Source: Malacoraja senta
Taxonomy: Eukaryota
NCBI GenBank assembly: GCA_038087875.1
Contig: CM075988.1
Span: 9,550,001-9,614,000, forward strand
DNA length: 64,000 nt
Direction: 5' to 3'
Made by a program: the position numbers and the translations under genes. This document shows positions 12,647-25,260 of the stretch, one piece after another (position 1 is the first letter of the stretch; each line of letters begins with the position of its first letter). The notes below the pieces were generated by a model, which ran no database searches, had not been told where the DNA came from, and was given only the letters and a program-made list of their open reading frames with translations.

Positions 12647-13584
12647 ATGGGCCCAGCACGAAAACCCAACTGAAGCTTGAACTCAGGATTAGATGTAAAA
12701 TTATATTTCATAACCTACGAACTTATCTCCAATGACGTATTATAAGTAACTCATTCCACCTCTTTTTTTTTTCTCGATATTTGTAATGCTTTTTTCTTTC
12801 TACCTCTCTTTTTCTATCTATATAAAAAAAAACACTAGAAGCAGAATTAATCGACAATTGACAATTTTAATAATGTATGATTGATGTATATGAAAAGTTT
12901 TTTTTCTATTATAATATGTTACTATACTTTATAATATGTTTGCTTCTAATAAAAAATATTAATCAAAACTGATTCAAGCTAAATTAAATAAAATTATTCC
13001 TTGCAGAGTCAAGCACCATTCTAGTTTTCATCTTTGTATAGTGAAAGAACAGCCTCCTATAAAAGCTGAGGGTTGATAGGTTAATTGTCTACTGTAATTT
13101 GTCCTTAATGTTTGCCAATGTCTTCTAATATCAGCTTATCCTTCAATCAGAACAACAACAGCCCGAGTCACAGAGTCACAAAGTCATACACAGGGAAATA
13201 GGCCCTTTAGTCAATAGGGAATGAACCAACCATTATACTCCCAGGTGAGTGGTGGAAAGAGGGGAACTGATGGGAATGTGGGAAGAGTAAAATAATGTGG
13301 AATAAGTGCAGGTAAGGGCTCCAGGCTTGTATCATTCTCTCTTGGCTGAAGGGCTTGTTTCCATTCCTGATGACATTGTGACTCTGTAACTCTGACTAAT
13401 GTCTTTCTGATTGAAGGATCATCTAATATTAGAAGGCAGGAGATAAGTGAAAGGAAACAAAATACCAGAGCTATTTTATCAGTGACCTACCCTGAAGCTG
13501 GAATAATGCACCCAAGGACCGCTTAGCTATTCTCGGGCAAGCTATTTTGAAATCATTGGGCACACGCTTTGATGCCACAGAGTC

Positions 13585-13770
13585 ATAGTCATACAGCATG
13601 GAAACAGTCCCTTCAGCCCAACTTGCCCATGAAGACCAAGATACCCCATCTGCACTAGCCCCACCTACCCACATTTTGCCCATACCCCTCTAAACCTTTC
13701 CAATCTGTATACTTGTCCAAATGTCTTTTAAATGTTGTTATAGTAGCTACCTCACCAACCTCTCTGGTAT
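13585..13770 (-). mobile_element. CR1 3' fragment
   Basis: Reverse complement of the CR1 tail (catggaaacagtcccttcagccc...tgtccaaatgtcttttaaatgttg). Confidence 0.75.
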
Positions 13771-13856
13771 TTTTTTATATTTTTGCTGGAAATGCTCAGA
13801 CACTTATGGCAAAGGAGTAAAACAGGGATACTATTTCAAATCGATGAACTTTCATT

Positions 13857-14188
13857 TTTAGTTTAGAGATACTGCACGGAAACTGGCCCTTCTGCCCACC
13901 GAGGCTGCACCGACCAGTCATCCACGCAAATTGACACTATCCTACACACACTAGGGACAATATACAGTTATACCAAGCCAATAAACCCACAAATCTGTAC
14001 GTCTTTGGAGTGTGGGAGGAAACCGAAGATCTCGGAGAAAACCCACGCCGTCACGGAGAGAAGGTACAATCTTTGTACAGACAGCACCCATAGTCAGGAT
14101 CGAACCCGGGTCTATGCATTGTATGCACTGTAAGGCAGCAACTCTAGCGCTGCACCATGATGCCGCCCTTTGCGCCACCGTGCCGCCC
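13857..14188 (-). mobile_element. Full-length V-SINE with a duplicated 5' head
   Basis: Complete SINE; the head ends in gccgccc twice (14150-14188). Confidence 0.85.
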
Positions 14189-15269
14189 TTAACATGTTCT
14201 CTAACATTTACAATAATCTTCAAGTGGCACCATGTCAACGACATTAGAAATTTCAAATATATAGTTTCAGGTTTCCGCTTATTTACGCCGCTGTTTGGAC
14301 ACAAATATTTCTTCATGATTGTCAAATACAATTCCCACTTCCCACTATGACTCTGCCTGGTCATATTGTTCTATATCCTCCCCACCTACCCATCGCCATG
14401 TTTTCTACATTTTTTCAACAGTTAAGAAACTTAGGTTTGGGACATGGACAACGTGGGCCGAAGGGCCTGTTTCCATGCTGTGTGACTATGACTGTCCCTC
14501 TGCATTTTTCTGATCCACAGCGATCATTCTGGATTGAAAGGAATTCTAGAAGATCATTGCCGACTCTTTCACAATCCGTACTTTTGACTTGTTTAAAATC
14601 ATTGGATTTGACTCATGACATTCGGAGATGTCTCATCTTTTAATCTTAATACTGTTTCCAGTAATTTTTCATTAGAAATATTAACTACTTTAAGGTAACT
14701 ATTCCCATTTGAATTTTCATTCTCCACATACTGATCATTTGTGTGACCAAATGAGTTTAAAATCCCTTAGATTTCCTTCTATTATATTGCAATTGCTTTT
14801 ACCTCTTTGGTATCCACATTTGTTTTTGCTCGTCTCTTTGACATACTTTAATGTTCTTTTTTCACATTTCTTGCTGGTTAATTCTTGCTTTTTATTTCAT
14901 TATTCTTTATTAAATCTTGACTATCTTTTGCTGATTAGTCAAATCCTCCCAATTCCCAGATTTAATATTATTTTAGTCAAAAATATCTCTTCCTTTATTC
15001 TCTCTTTAATCTCTTTAGTTACAATTGGCTTACACTCTCCTGAGCAATGGAAACCATTCTTATCTCATGGAGTTTTTACTTATTCAAGGAATGCCTAATA
15101 GGTGTATGAATAATTTCTTTAAATGCTTGACTTTGCTCCTTTCTTTGTATAAAATTATCCAAACTTCAGCAAACCCCATCTCTCATATCTAAATAATAAC
15201 ACTAGTTTTGGTGTTATTCCCAACACGATCACACCTCATGTGAAGTAAGAGGGCATCTATAATAGCCTG

Positions 15270-15720
15270 AAGCCTAAGGAGTCATAGAGTTGTAGAGTGA
15301 TGCAGCAAAGAAGCAGGCCCTTCAGCCCACCATGGCCTCATTGACCACCAAACACTCATTTACACTAATCTTATATTTAGTTTAGTTTGGTTTAATTTAG
15401 AGATACAGTGCAGAAACAGATCCTTCAGCCCAGCGAGTCTGCGGTGACCAGCAATCCCCATACACTATCACTGTTCTACACACACTAGGGACAATTTACA
15501 ATTTTACCAAGCCAATTAACCTACAAACCTGTACGTCTTTGGAGTGTGGGAGGAAACCAGAGCTCCCGGGGAAAACACACACAGATCACGGGGAGAACGT
15601 AGACACTCCGTACAGACAAGTACCTGTAGTCATAATCCCTTTTTTAAATTCTCTCCACATTCTCTTCAACTTCTCCTATATGCAACCATTCACCCTCATA
15701 GTAGGAGCAATTTACAGTGG
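15270..15720 (-). mobile_element. SINE nested in SINE (inner copy about 15377-15632)
   Basis: Outer tail is interrupted at acactaatc...taatccc by a second (TTTAG)n-tailed copy. Confidence 0.7.
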
Positions 15721-17029
15721 CCCTTTGTCTGTTAAATATTTAATCTGAGTGGTCCATGAAAAATCTGTCACGTACATGTGAAAATTCTCATGTGCAACCT
15801 TATCTTCCGTTAGTTTTTCCTTCCCATTTAACTCCCATTTAACTAACAGAATGAAGCATTTAGTTTGCAGAGTATTCAGACCATTGTGTCAAAAGAACCA
15901 GATACTTATGAATAGATATATAAATGATTAAATCTCAAAATCAGTCTTTAATTTCACCTCAAGTATAGCTCGGGGTTAAAATGTCCACTTGGGTTGCTTT
16001 AACGCTGTAGTTATAGAATACAATATATCCAAAGTATTGTTGGCTTTGAGAGGTGTTTTATACGGGTATTCCTTAAGGTAAGAAAGGAATATATTCTTTA
16101 AAAATATTTTGCTGAACAAATTTTCTTCAATTGAAAAGGCTAGGCTAAATGCATTTAAAATATTTTGGAATAATGTATGCGAATGGGCAGAGGGTTTTGC
16201 ACTGCTCATTATAGCAAAAGGTAGATTTGTAAATTTGAGGGCAGATACCCAATGGAATTTTATGTCATTATATAAAAAAATCATAAACAGAACATTCTCC
16301 CAAACCCAGGTACATATCACCCAAAGTAAAATTTCTGATAAAACAGCTAAATCAGGAACAGTTTAGAATAAACTATTTCAATTTGTTTTAGAATATAATA
16401 ATGCACAAGTATGATAACCATGCAGTTTAATTAAATTGGCTGAAAATAAGATTTACAACATTATTAATTCACAGTCTTCACCAGTATTGTGTGAATAATT
16501 TAACATTAAGCAACTCAAAATAACAACAATTATTTGGAGTTATTTGTGGATACAAGGAACTACAGATGCTCTTTTACAGAAAAAGGTATAAAGTGCTGGA
16601 GTACCTCATGGTCAGAATTATTTGTTGGTTATACAAGAATATACTTCAATGAATCAATGATACTTTATTGTCACATGTAGCTGGGTACTGTGAAAAGCTT
16701 TGTTTTTCATACAACCTTGTAAAATCATACGGCATAACTCACCTAGGCAGGACACAAGTGTCATGTTTCTGGCTCAGACATAGATACAAAAGGTTCATCA
16801 AACAGTTTTATCTTCTGCTCGCAGCGGCAAACCAGGCCCGCCGTCGCATGTGGCAACAGGGCTGCCCCCCGCCAGGTCCCCCTTTCGTTCTCGGTGGCCA
16901 CCCACGGGACCCCCATGAAGTTTTCTAGATTGTCAAGAATTTTCTGGTCTAAAAACAACTTGATATTTGAAGCGACTCCAAGTGCACAAACAAGCACATG
17001 GGAAGCTCACAGATGATTGATAGAATCAG

Positions 17030-17330
17030 AACATAGACACAAAATGGTCATGTCATAAGGAATAGTAGAATTAGTCTCCCTCCTAACCCCATTCTCCTGC
17101 CTCCTCCCCATAACCTCTGACACCTGTACTAATCAAGAATCGATCTATCTCTGCCTTAAAAATATCCACTGATATGGGTGACATTTTGGGTTGAGACCCT
17201 TCTTCAAGAAGGTTCGCAACCCGAAATGTCACCTTCCTTCTCTCCAGAGATGCTGCCTGTCAGGCTGAGTAATGGCAGCATTTTGTGTCTATCTTTGGTT
17301 TAAACCAGCATCTGTAGTTCCTTCCAACAC
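17030..17330. mobile_element. Inverted pair of Penelope pLTR repeats with an embedded CR1 3' fragment (about 17050-17170)
   Basis: ggtgacattttgggttg...cttcttcaagaagg...caacccgaaatgtcacc is a near palindrome. Confidence 0.6.
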
Positions 17331-17432
17331 ATAATAATTAAATAAATAAACTTCAGTTGATCCTATTTCAGGATCTTTTGAGATCAATTTTCATGTGTCT
17401 TTACTGATAAGATTTATGTTAATTGAGTTTCT

Positions 17433-17580
17433 GGAGAAGAAACCCAAGCACCTGGAGAAAACCCACGCAGTCACAGGGACAACGTACAAACTCCGTACAG
17501 ACAGCACTGGTAGTCAGGATCGAGCATGAGTCACTGGCGCTGTAAGGCAGCAGCACTACCGCTGCACCACTGTGCCTCCC
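17433..17580 (-). mobile_element. V-SINE 5' half
   Basis: SINE head and central domain. Confidence 0.8.
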
Positions 17581-18400
17581 AAATCTTCTCCTATGTAGCT
17601 CATTGAATAGTTTGGAGGAAGTACTGAATCAAGTACGGGATGGAGTGATTCGTGCAGTTCCATGGCCATCCTGCGCAAAGTGAACCGACTGAAGGTGACC
17701 ATCTTGATGAGAGTTTGAAATGACTTGTTGGTGGTGATGCTCCTTCCATCACCCCATATCTGCCAAGAGGTGCCTGGGCTCAGTGCTCAGGAATAACAAA
17801 GCATCTCAGAGCATCCATGTAGTGACAAAAAATGAGGGAGCAGGGAGAAAACAAAAGGAAAGAAGAATATAAATTGAGTTGAAACACTTAGATCCAAAGC
17901 AGCAAAGCACCAATATGAAAATTGCTGAATATATCTTACTGATTCCTATATAATTGGTGGACTTTTATTCAATATCTACCCATTTGCTTTCCGCCTCTAT
18001 TGCAACTATTCATCCGTTATCTAATTGTCTGGAGTGTAGCCAGATTTTTTAACTAGCCTTCTCAATGTAAATATACAAACAGCTTTTCTTTTGCAAAATG
18101 ATCTCATGTTTATTTTGTGATTTCACATGGTGTGATTTATAATTCAAATTTATGGTGCAAATCAGGTCACTCTATTTACAACAGATAAAATATTCTCACC
18201 ATTCGAGCCATGTTATCAGCGCCGTATAAATGAATCGACACAAACAAAATTGGAATCAGGGAGTCGGAGAATACATTTGGAAGCTCATAAATGGTGGTCA
18301 ATGCTTCAGAAATAAATAGCAATAAAGGTCACTGAGCAGGTGTATTAATATTCAAACAGGGCTGTTAAAGCAATAAGAATGGGAGTGTGGATGATTATAA

Positions 18401-18958
18401 AGGGCCTGTCCCACGTGCATGCGACTTCATGCGGCAAATGCGACCTAACCGCAAGCGGGGGCCGTGCGGGGGCCGTGCGGAGGTCGAGTGATCCCCGTAC
18501 AGGGCCGGTCCCACCAGCATGCGGCTGCATGCGGCAAGCGCTACCAAATCGGAAGCGGGGGCCGTGCGGAGGTCGAGTGATGTCAAGACGGTGCATACGG
18601 CGGCGAGGCGGAGCGCAGGCCATTGAGGCGGTGCGCACGGCCTCGATGCGGCTGCGTCCGGCATCGAGGTGGTGCGCAGGGCCTCGAGGCAGCTGCATCC
18701 GGCGTCGAGGCGGTGCGCACGGCCTCGATGCGGCTGCGGGGCGGCAGGCCGTTGCCGCACGGAATTTTGAACAGTGTCCGTTTTTCGGAGCCCCGCGCGA
18801 TGTCGGGACCAGCTCTGCACAACTCCATACGGCTCCGGCGATCGAAGTGGGACTGGCCCCGCGTCCTCCGCGCGGCCCCCGCACGGCCCCCGCACGGCCC
18901 CCGCTTGCGGTTAGGTCGCGCTTGCCGCATGGAGTCGCATGCCCGTGGGACAGGCCCT
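18401..18958. mobile_element. PIF/Harbinger MITE B, about 80-bp TIRs
   Basis: AGGGCCTGTCCCAC...GTGGGACAGGCCCT; flanks TAA (18398-18400) and TTA (18959-18961). Confidence 0.92.
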
Positions 18959-19224
18959 TTACAGGAGGATTTGTGTGGAAGCATGACAGCGTTGTTGGTC
19001 AAATCTGTATATGGAACTTGCTACCAGCACTGAGTGGCTGAGGCAGGGAGATATTTAAGGGGAATCCGTTTCACTACTTCAAGGGAGAGAGGATGAAAGG
19101 GACACGTCAGCAGGGTGATATGAAGTGAGGCGAAAGGTGGCTTGTCTGGAAACTGATTGGCCAAGATCTTGTCTGTGCTTCACAGTTCTAGGAGCAGGCT
19201 GGTGAATCTGTAAAACACATTGTC

Positions 19225-19420
19225 ACCGAAGTCTGTGGAGGCTGTCAATGGATATTTTTAAGGCAGAGACAGATAAATTCATGATTAGTATGGGTGCCAG
19301 GGGTTATGGGGAGAAGGCAGGAGAATGGGGTTGGGGAAGATAGATCAGCCATCATTGAATGGCAGAGTAGACTTGATGGGTTGAATGGCCTCATTCTGAT
19401 CCTATCACGTGACCATATGA
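19225..19420 (+). mobile_element. CR1 3' fragment
   Basis: gctgtcaatggatattttaaggcagag...tagacttgatgggttgaatggcc tail. Confidence 0.7.
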
Positions 19421-19528
19421 GCAGCCTTAATCACATGTAATTGCAGTTGTCAGGTAGTTCTTTGAGAAATATGCAGTGTGCATATAAAGATCAAGAAGGT
19501 CTTTTCAATGTTTAACCTTTACAATACA

Positions 19529-19846
19529 GGGGCGGAACAGAGGCTTAGTGGTAGAGTTGGTGCCTTAAAGCACCAGAGACCCAAGTTCGATCCTGACCAC
19601 GGGTGCTGTCTGCACAGAGTTTCTACGTTCTCCCTGTGACCGCGTGGGTTTTGCCCGGGTGCTCCAGTTGCCTCCCACACTCCAAAGTGTTACAGGTTTG
19701 AAGGTTAATTGGCTTTGTGAAAATTGTAAACTGTCCCTAGTGTGTAGGATAGTGTTAGTGTAGATGATGATCGCTGGTTGGCGCGGATTTGTTGGGCCAA
19801 GTGCCTGTTTCCACCCTGTATCTCTGAAGTCTGAAGTGAAGTCTGA
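19529..19846 (+). mobile_element. Full-length V-SINE
   Basis: A-box-like aggcttagtgg, B-box gttcgatcc, central domain and CR1-like tail. Confidence 0.88.
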
Positions 19847-20434
19847 GTTGAGAAAAGAGGAAAAATAAATTTGCACTAGTTGCTAAATTGGTGATGTGCG
19901 AGAGGGTGATGTGCAGTTTGCAGGTCACAGCACATTCATGTATTGAAGCTGGATATGTGTTATGAAGCAGTATCTTATCTGCCTGTACATAATCCATATC
20001 CTTCCAGACCCTGCATAACCATGTGTCTATCCAAAAGTTTCCAAAATGCCACTATCATATCTGCCTCAATCACCACCCCAAGCAGTGGGATAGACCTTAG
20101 TACAAGATTCCAGAAAGAGTTTGGGAAGAGACCTTAAGTAGACCGTGCATACCTTATTTGAGCTCTCTGTGTCTTACATTGTGCAATGGAGTTTGGAGGT
20201 TATGGGTTAAGATTCCACAGTTTGCACATTACATTGTGTCTGTCCCTCTCAAGGGGAGGTGATCACAGACTACAATCACTGCTCGAATAGTTATACAGCT
20301 TGGGCTGAACTACACCAAATAATAGTGATACTAACTCAGAACTGACAGCCTGCTTCTCTGATGCTACTCTTGATATTGACAACAAAACATCACAAGGGAT
20401 CCTGATGCTTAAGTGCCCATGAGGCCCCCTCAGG

Positions 20435-20790
20435 ATCTGAGGGGTTACCTGATAGAAGTGTATAAGATTATGAGAGGCAGAGATAAGGTAGATAATCAAA
20501 ATATATTTTTTCCTATGGTGCCCATATCAAAAATTAGAGACCATTGGTTTTGTTTGAGAGGAAGACGTTCTAAAGACTACCTGAGGGGTTATACCTTTTT
20601 ACACAGAGAGTGGTTGATTTCTGGAACGCACTGCCACAGGAGGTGGTGGAATCGCATAGAATTAATTTATTTCAGAGGTATTTAGACAGATTTGATCTAA
20701 AGCACAGAAGGATATGGGCCGAACGCAGACAAATGGGATTGGGATTAGCATATATAGGCAAGAAGGTCAACAAAGTGGGCTGAAGGGCCC
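20435..20790 (+). mobile_element. CR1 3' fragment
   Basis: Encodes LRGYLIEVYKIMRG, the CR1 ORF2 C-terminal motif also in ORF 44357-45475. Confidence 0.8.
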
Positions 20791-22733
20791 ATTTCACGAC
20801 CCGAAATGTCACCCATTCCTTCTATCCAGAGATGCTGCCTATCCTGCTCCAGCATTTTGTGGCCATTTCTACGCTGTACAATTCTGTGTCTCTATGCCTC
20901 AATGACCTCCCCCTTCAATATTCCATTCCCACCCAGTTGAGTATATCTGCAGCTTGAATGCATTTCACTTAAAAACTCTGTAGATCACATACCATCCTGC
21001 AGTAAGTCTGATTCACCTATCTCATATATTTTCACCGATGAACATTGGTCCTTGACTGACCATTTATAAATTCCACTCTTTTCTTTAAAATCATACCTGA
21101 TGCTTATCGTTCTCTGTGACGTTATCCTTTTCCAGAAAATGACTTTTCACTCAGTTGACTCTGTTCTCTTGTATCTCCATCTACTCTGGCTCCAACACGG
21201 GTCATCATGTCTGAAGAATTCCTCCTCACAATTTATCTGCAACCCTCAGTACTTTCTCTGCAGTTGAGGAAAGAAACTTACTTCTAGAGTAGGGGTCTGG
21301 AGTCTGGAATGCACTGGCTCAAAAGGTGATAGGGACAGACACCATTCACATTTAAAATAAAATATACTTGCCTGTCTACTTGAAGATCTTTGACCTACAT
21401 TACTATGGACAAGTGTTGGGAGATGGGATTAGCTCTTTATTTAACCAGTGTGGATACATTGAATCAATTTTTCCTCTTCTACATCATGAATTTTCTATAA
21501 TTTTATTCAGCGAATCTTTGACCCCACTCGACATTAAGATAATGGAAATTATACCCTTAAGTAAATGTGACTTCAGATCTTTCTTGTTCATTTTTTTAAA
21601 AACTGAAACCCCATTTGGAGGTAAACTGGCCACTCTCTTTACCAAGGGCCAGTGTTCAGGACTATCACAAGGGTACAGTGAGGGGGTTGGAGTATTTTAA
21701 GTGAAGGTGAGTGAACATCATGTTCACTTGTCCATAGGATTGTCACCTAGTCATCAGGATTGCACTTGGCCTGCAATGGGTGCCCTTCCCAATAGCCTTA
21801 AAGACAGTTAATGGCTGTAGATAAATAAACAAGGCCCAACAAATTATTCAAGGAGGAAAAAATAGTAAGTATAACAGGCAGCATTTATCATCTGAAATCA
21901 TTTTCAGACTGCAAAATAAGTTGCTTAATTTAAAATGTGGGTGAGGTTGAAGCGCTGTTGTTAATTCCATGCAGATAACAACCTGCTGCTTGACAGACAC
22001 TGAAGTAATCCACTCAACCAATAAACTTCAATTACCCTATTCAACCTGGTTTCAATAATTATAGTATACATTTGCATTACATTTGTGGTGATAAATTCAC
22101 TGTTATAAATTCCGTGATTCACTCAGTAAATAAGTGTTGGTTTACTGCGAATGCCATGAGCAATGATCAAGCTCTGCATGTAAATAATAATAGTAATCAA
22201 ATACATTTCTGAAGAGTGTCACAATTGTAGCCAGATGTTTTAAAACTCTGAGGGTAAATTTGATGACTTTTGTGTTAAGATGGGTGAAAGCAAATTGGCA
22301 GACTGATTTACATCTCTATTTATTTCATTTGAAGTCAATTCACTTTGTGCTGTCACAGAAAGTCAAATTACCCCCAATTTGCTCTTCTCCAGAAGAAAGT
22401 AAATTCAGAGTATCTAACAATTTGGAAGCAATTTTCAATCTGTGTAAAACTTATTGACAGGTTGTTATTATATCCTTGCAGTAAACCTCGAAAAAGTAAC
22501 CTTAAACTGTCCACCTGAAAGTATGAAATCTGTATAAAACCATCTGGCATTTTGTTATCTTATTGACAATCATAAACACGAGGGCAAGTAGTGTGATTTG
22601 AAAGTGATTACATCTGACTCCTGAGTATGTGGCTCATCCTATTTAGTTCCACGACTCAGTCCATTGCTGATGTAGTGTCTGCATGCTCTTACTTAGTTGA
22701 TCAACAGAGGTAAAAGAATCAACAAGTCCACAA

Positions 22734-23050
22734 GGGGGTGGCACAATGGCACAGTGGTTGAGTTGCTGCCTTACAGTGACAGAGACCCGGGTTCGATCCT
22801 GCCTACAGGTGCAGTCTGTACGTAGTTTGTATGTTCTCCACGTGACCACTTTGGTTTTTCCCGAGAGCTCTGGTTTCCTCCCACGCTCCAAAGCCGTGCA
22901 GGTTTGTAGGTTAATTGGCTACTGTAAATTGTAAATTGTCCCTAGTGTGTAGGATAGAGCTAATATACAGAGATTGCTGGTCGGCGTTAACTAGATGGGA
23001 CCTTGGGCCTGTTTACATGCAGTATGTCTAAACTAAACTATAACTAAACT
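22734..23050 (+). mobile_element. Full-length V-SINE
   Basis: A-box tggcacagtgg, B-box gttcgatcc, (CTAAA)n tail. Confidence 0.88.
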
Positions 23051-23052
23051 TC

Positions 23053-23185
23053 TTCAGTCTAAAGAAGGGTCTTGACCCGAAACGTCACCTATTCCTTCGC
23101 TCCATAGATGCTGCCTCACCCGCTGAGTTTCTAAAGCATTTTTGTCTACCTTCGATTTTTCGAGCGTCTGCAATTCTTTCTTAAA
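23053..23185 (+). mobile_element. Penelope pLTR-derived repeat with a mutated hammerhead core
   Basis: agtctaaagaagggtcttgacccgaaacgtcacc...gatgctgcctcacccgctgag. Confidence 0.75.
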
Positions 23186-23234
23186 TATAACTAAACTTAG
23201 ATATCTTTCATGAGGAATTCAACACCCAATCAAA

Positions 23235-23765
23235 TAATGTTATCCCACTTTCTCCACTCCCTAGACATTAGGGCAATGTTACAGAGGCCAATTAACCTAC
23301 AAGTGCACATATCTTTAAGGGCCTGTCTCACTGTACGAGGTAATTCAAGAGCTCTCCTGAGTTTAATTAAAAAAATCAAACTCGTGGTAAGCACGTAGAA
23401 TGTACTTAGCGGGTACGTCGGAGCTCGGGACGTCTCTTAGCGGCTCGTAACGCTAACGGCAGGTACTCGGGAAACGCGGTAAGCTCGTGAAGACTCGTGA
23501 AGATTTTTCAACATGTTGAAAAATGTCCACGAGAGCCCCTACGAGCCTACGAGCGGCTATTACCGTAATTCTCTGAGTTCGAATCAAGGGAAACTCGGGC
23601 GAACTCTTGAATTAGCTCGTACAGTGGGACAGGCCCTTTAGGATGTGGGGTATATCAGAGCATCCAGTGGAATCCCACATGGTCACATGTACAAGTTCCA
23701 CACAGACAGCGCCTTAGGTCAGGATCGAGTCTGGTTTCTCGCACTGAGGCAGCCACTCTACCAAT
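23235..23765 (-). mobile_element. V-SINE split by MITE C
   Basis: SINE sequence is continuous across the TTA target (atatctTTAggatgtggg). Confidence 0.75.
23318..23637. mobile_element. PIF/Harbinger MITE C
   Basis: AGGGCCTGTCTCACTGTACGAG...CTCGTACAGTGGGACAGGCCCT; TSD TTA at 23315-23317 and 23638-23640. Confidence 0.92.
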
Positions 23766-24174
23766 TTGTTCAACAGACTCTAAATGTAAAAAATCTGTGG
23801 ATGATGGAAATAATGAAATAACGACAGAAAATGCTGCCACTGCCCAACAAGTCGGGTAGCACGGGTGGGGAGAGAGAAAGAAAAATAATATTTCAGATCG
23901 GTGAAAGATGCTGTCTGACCTGGAGTGAATCTTCTTTCAAAATACTTTTGCAGTCAGATCTGTATCTGGACTAACTACAAAAGTGTCAATGGAGATTCCT
24001 AGTTGATCTTTCTGGAAAAGATGAGCTCCAATTTCCAGGCAGAGCTCTATGCAGTTTGCAGCAAGGTTTTTTTCTATTCCATTCTCATTACACTTTGGAT
24101 TTTTGCCCACAGAAGGCTGGACTTCCATCACAAACCACCCCAGTAGTCCCTCCTCATCAGCTGAGGTATAGAAG

Positions 24175-24460
24175 ATTTTGACTTTAGGCCTTAGACTTTA
24201 TACCACATGGAAACAGGCCCTTTGACCCACTGTGTCCATGCTGGCCAGCAATAGCCCCATACACTAGCACCATCCTACACACTAGGGACAGTTTAGATTT
24301 TTTTTACCAAAGTCAATTAACCTACAAACGTTTATGTCGTTGCAGTGTGGGAGGAAAACGGAGCATCCGGAGAAAACCCCGGCGATCACAGGGAGAACGT
24401 GCAAACTCCGTACAGATAGCACCTGTGGTTAGGATCAAACCCAGGTCTATGGCGCTGTAA
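24175..24460 (-). mobile_element. V-SINE, head cut off at the MITE D insertion
   Basis: SINE sequence ends at ggcgctgTAA. Confidence 0.82.
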
Positions 24461-24833
24461 AGCCCCTGTCCCACTTAGGAGGCCTAAACAGCAACCTCTG
24501 GTGACCTTGCCTGCCACCCAAGGTTTCCATGAGGTCAACGGAGGTTTTGGTCACTCTCCCTAATGGTCGAAAGTGGTTTCCGCGTGGTCGAGGCTTCATC
24601 TACGTTGCTGCTATTTTTTCATCATGATTAAAACCTCGACTAAAAATAGGTTGCTGTTTTAAAAATCGATAATTTTTTAGTCGCAGGTCTAGTCAAAGCT
24701 GTATGGTCATGAGTAGTCGCCCAAAGAGTCGTACCTTTTTCTGGTCACTGCTGGATTTTCACCATCTTGAACATTTTCGGCGATCTGCTGCGACTATGAC
24801 GGGTGCCGGCAGTCACCCAAAAAAATCGCCGAA
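24461..24833. mobile_element. PIF/Harbinger MITE D (right TIR interrupted)
   Basis: TAA then AGCCCCTGTCCCACTTAGG; ends aaaaatcgccgaa where MITE E begins. Confidence 0.75.
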
Positions 24834-25260
24834 TGGGTCTGTCCCACTTAGGTGATTTTTAGGTGACTGTCATTGTCGTAGCAGGTTGCCGAAAAACCAG
24901 CGACGTTAGGTGATTTTTTAGGCGATTGCCAGCGAATACGACAATGGAATTCACCGAAGTCAGCACCGGCGACAACCTACGTCACCTGGCGACAACCTAC
25001 GTTAACCTGGCGACAACCTACAACAGCACCTACGTCAAGTTACGCTCATTGACGTCAATCATACGGTCGTCACTGTCGCCAAAAAATGTTCAACATGTTG
25101 AAAATCCAGTGGCGACCAGAAAGACGCTACGGCTCATTAGGTGACTGAGAAGGCTACTCACGACCATACAGGCGACACCTTGGCGACTACCGGCGATCCA
25201 TGTGGCGACAGCCTAGTCGCCTGTAGTTGCCTAAAAAATCGCCTAATTGCGACAGGCCCA
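24834..25260. mobile_element. PIF/Harbinger MITE E
   Basis: TGGGTCTGTCCCACTTAGGTGATTTTT...AAAAAATCGCCTAATTGCGACAGGCCCA; many GGCGAC/GTCGCC motifs. Confidence 0.8.

Larger units (their letters stand above)
10255..12964 (+). mobile_element. Internally deleted L1 (5'UTR - ORF1::ORF2-C-terminus fusion - 3'UTR); no EN or RT
   Basis: Starts GACTTCCGGTGGCGC like the L1 ending at 58832; AATAAA at 12948; TSD AAAACTGATTCAA(G) at 10242-10254/55 and 12965-12977/78. Confidence 0.9.

Noticed and set aside
18345..19041. Overlapping 136-220-aa ORFs on both strands
   Set aside because: Artefact of the GC-rich MITE B; no domain motifs
19529..19600. tRNA-like A/B boxes, also in other copies
   Set aside because: SINE heads followed by central domain and LINE tail; no complete cloverleaf
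22368..22514. Candidate minus-strand exon (VDSLRLLFRG...WG) with a good acceptor
   Set aside because: No recognisable protein and no compatible partner exons found
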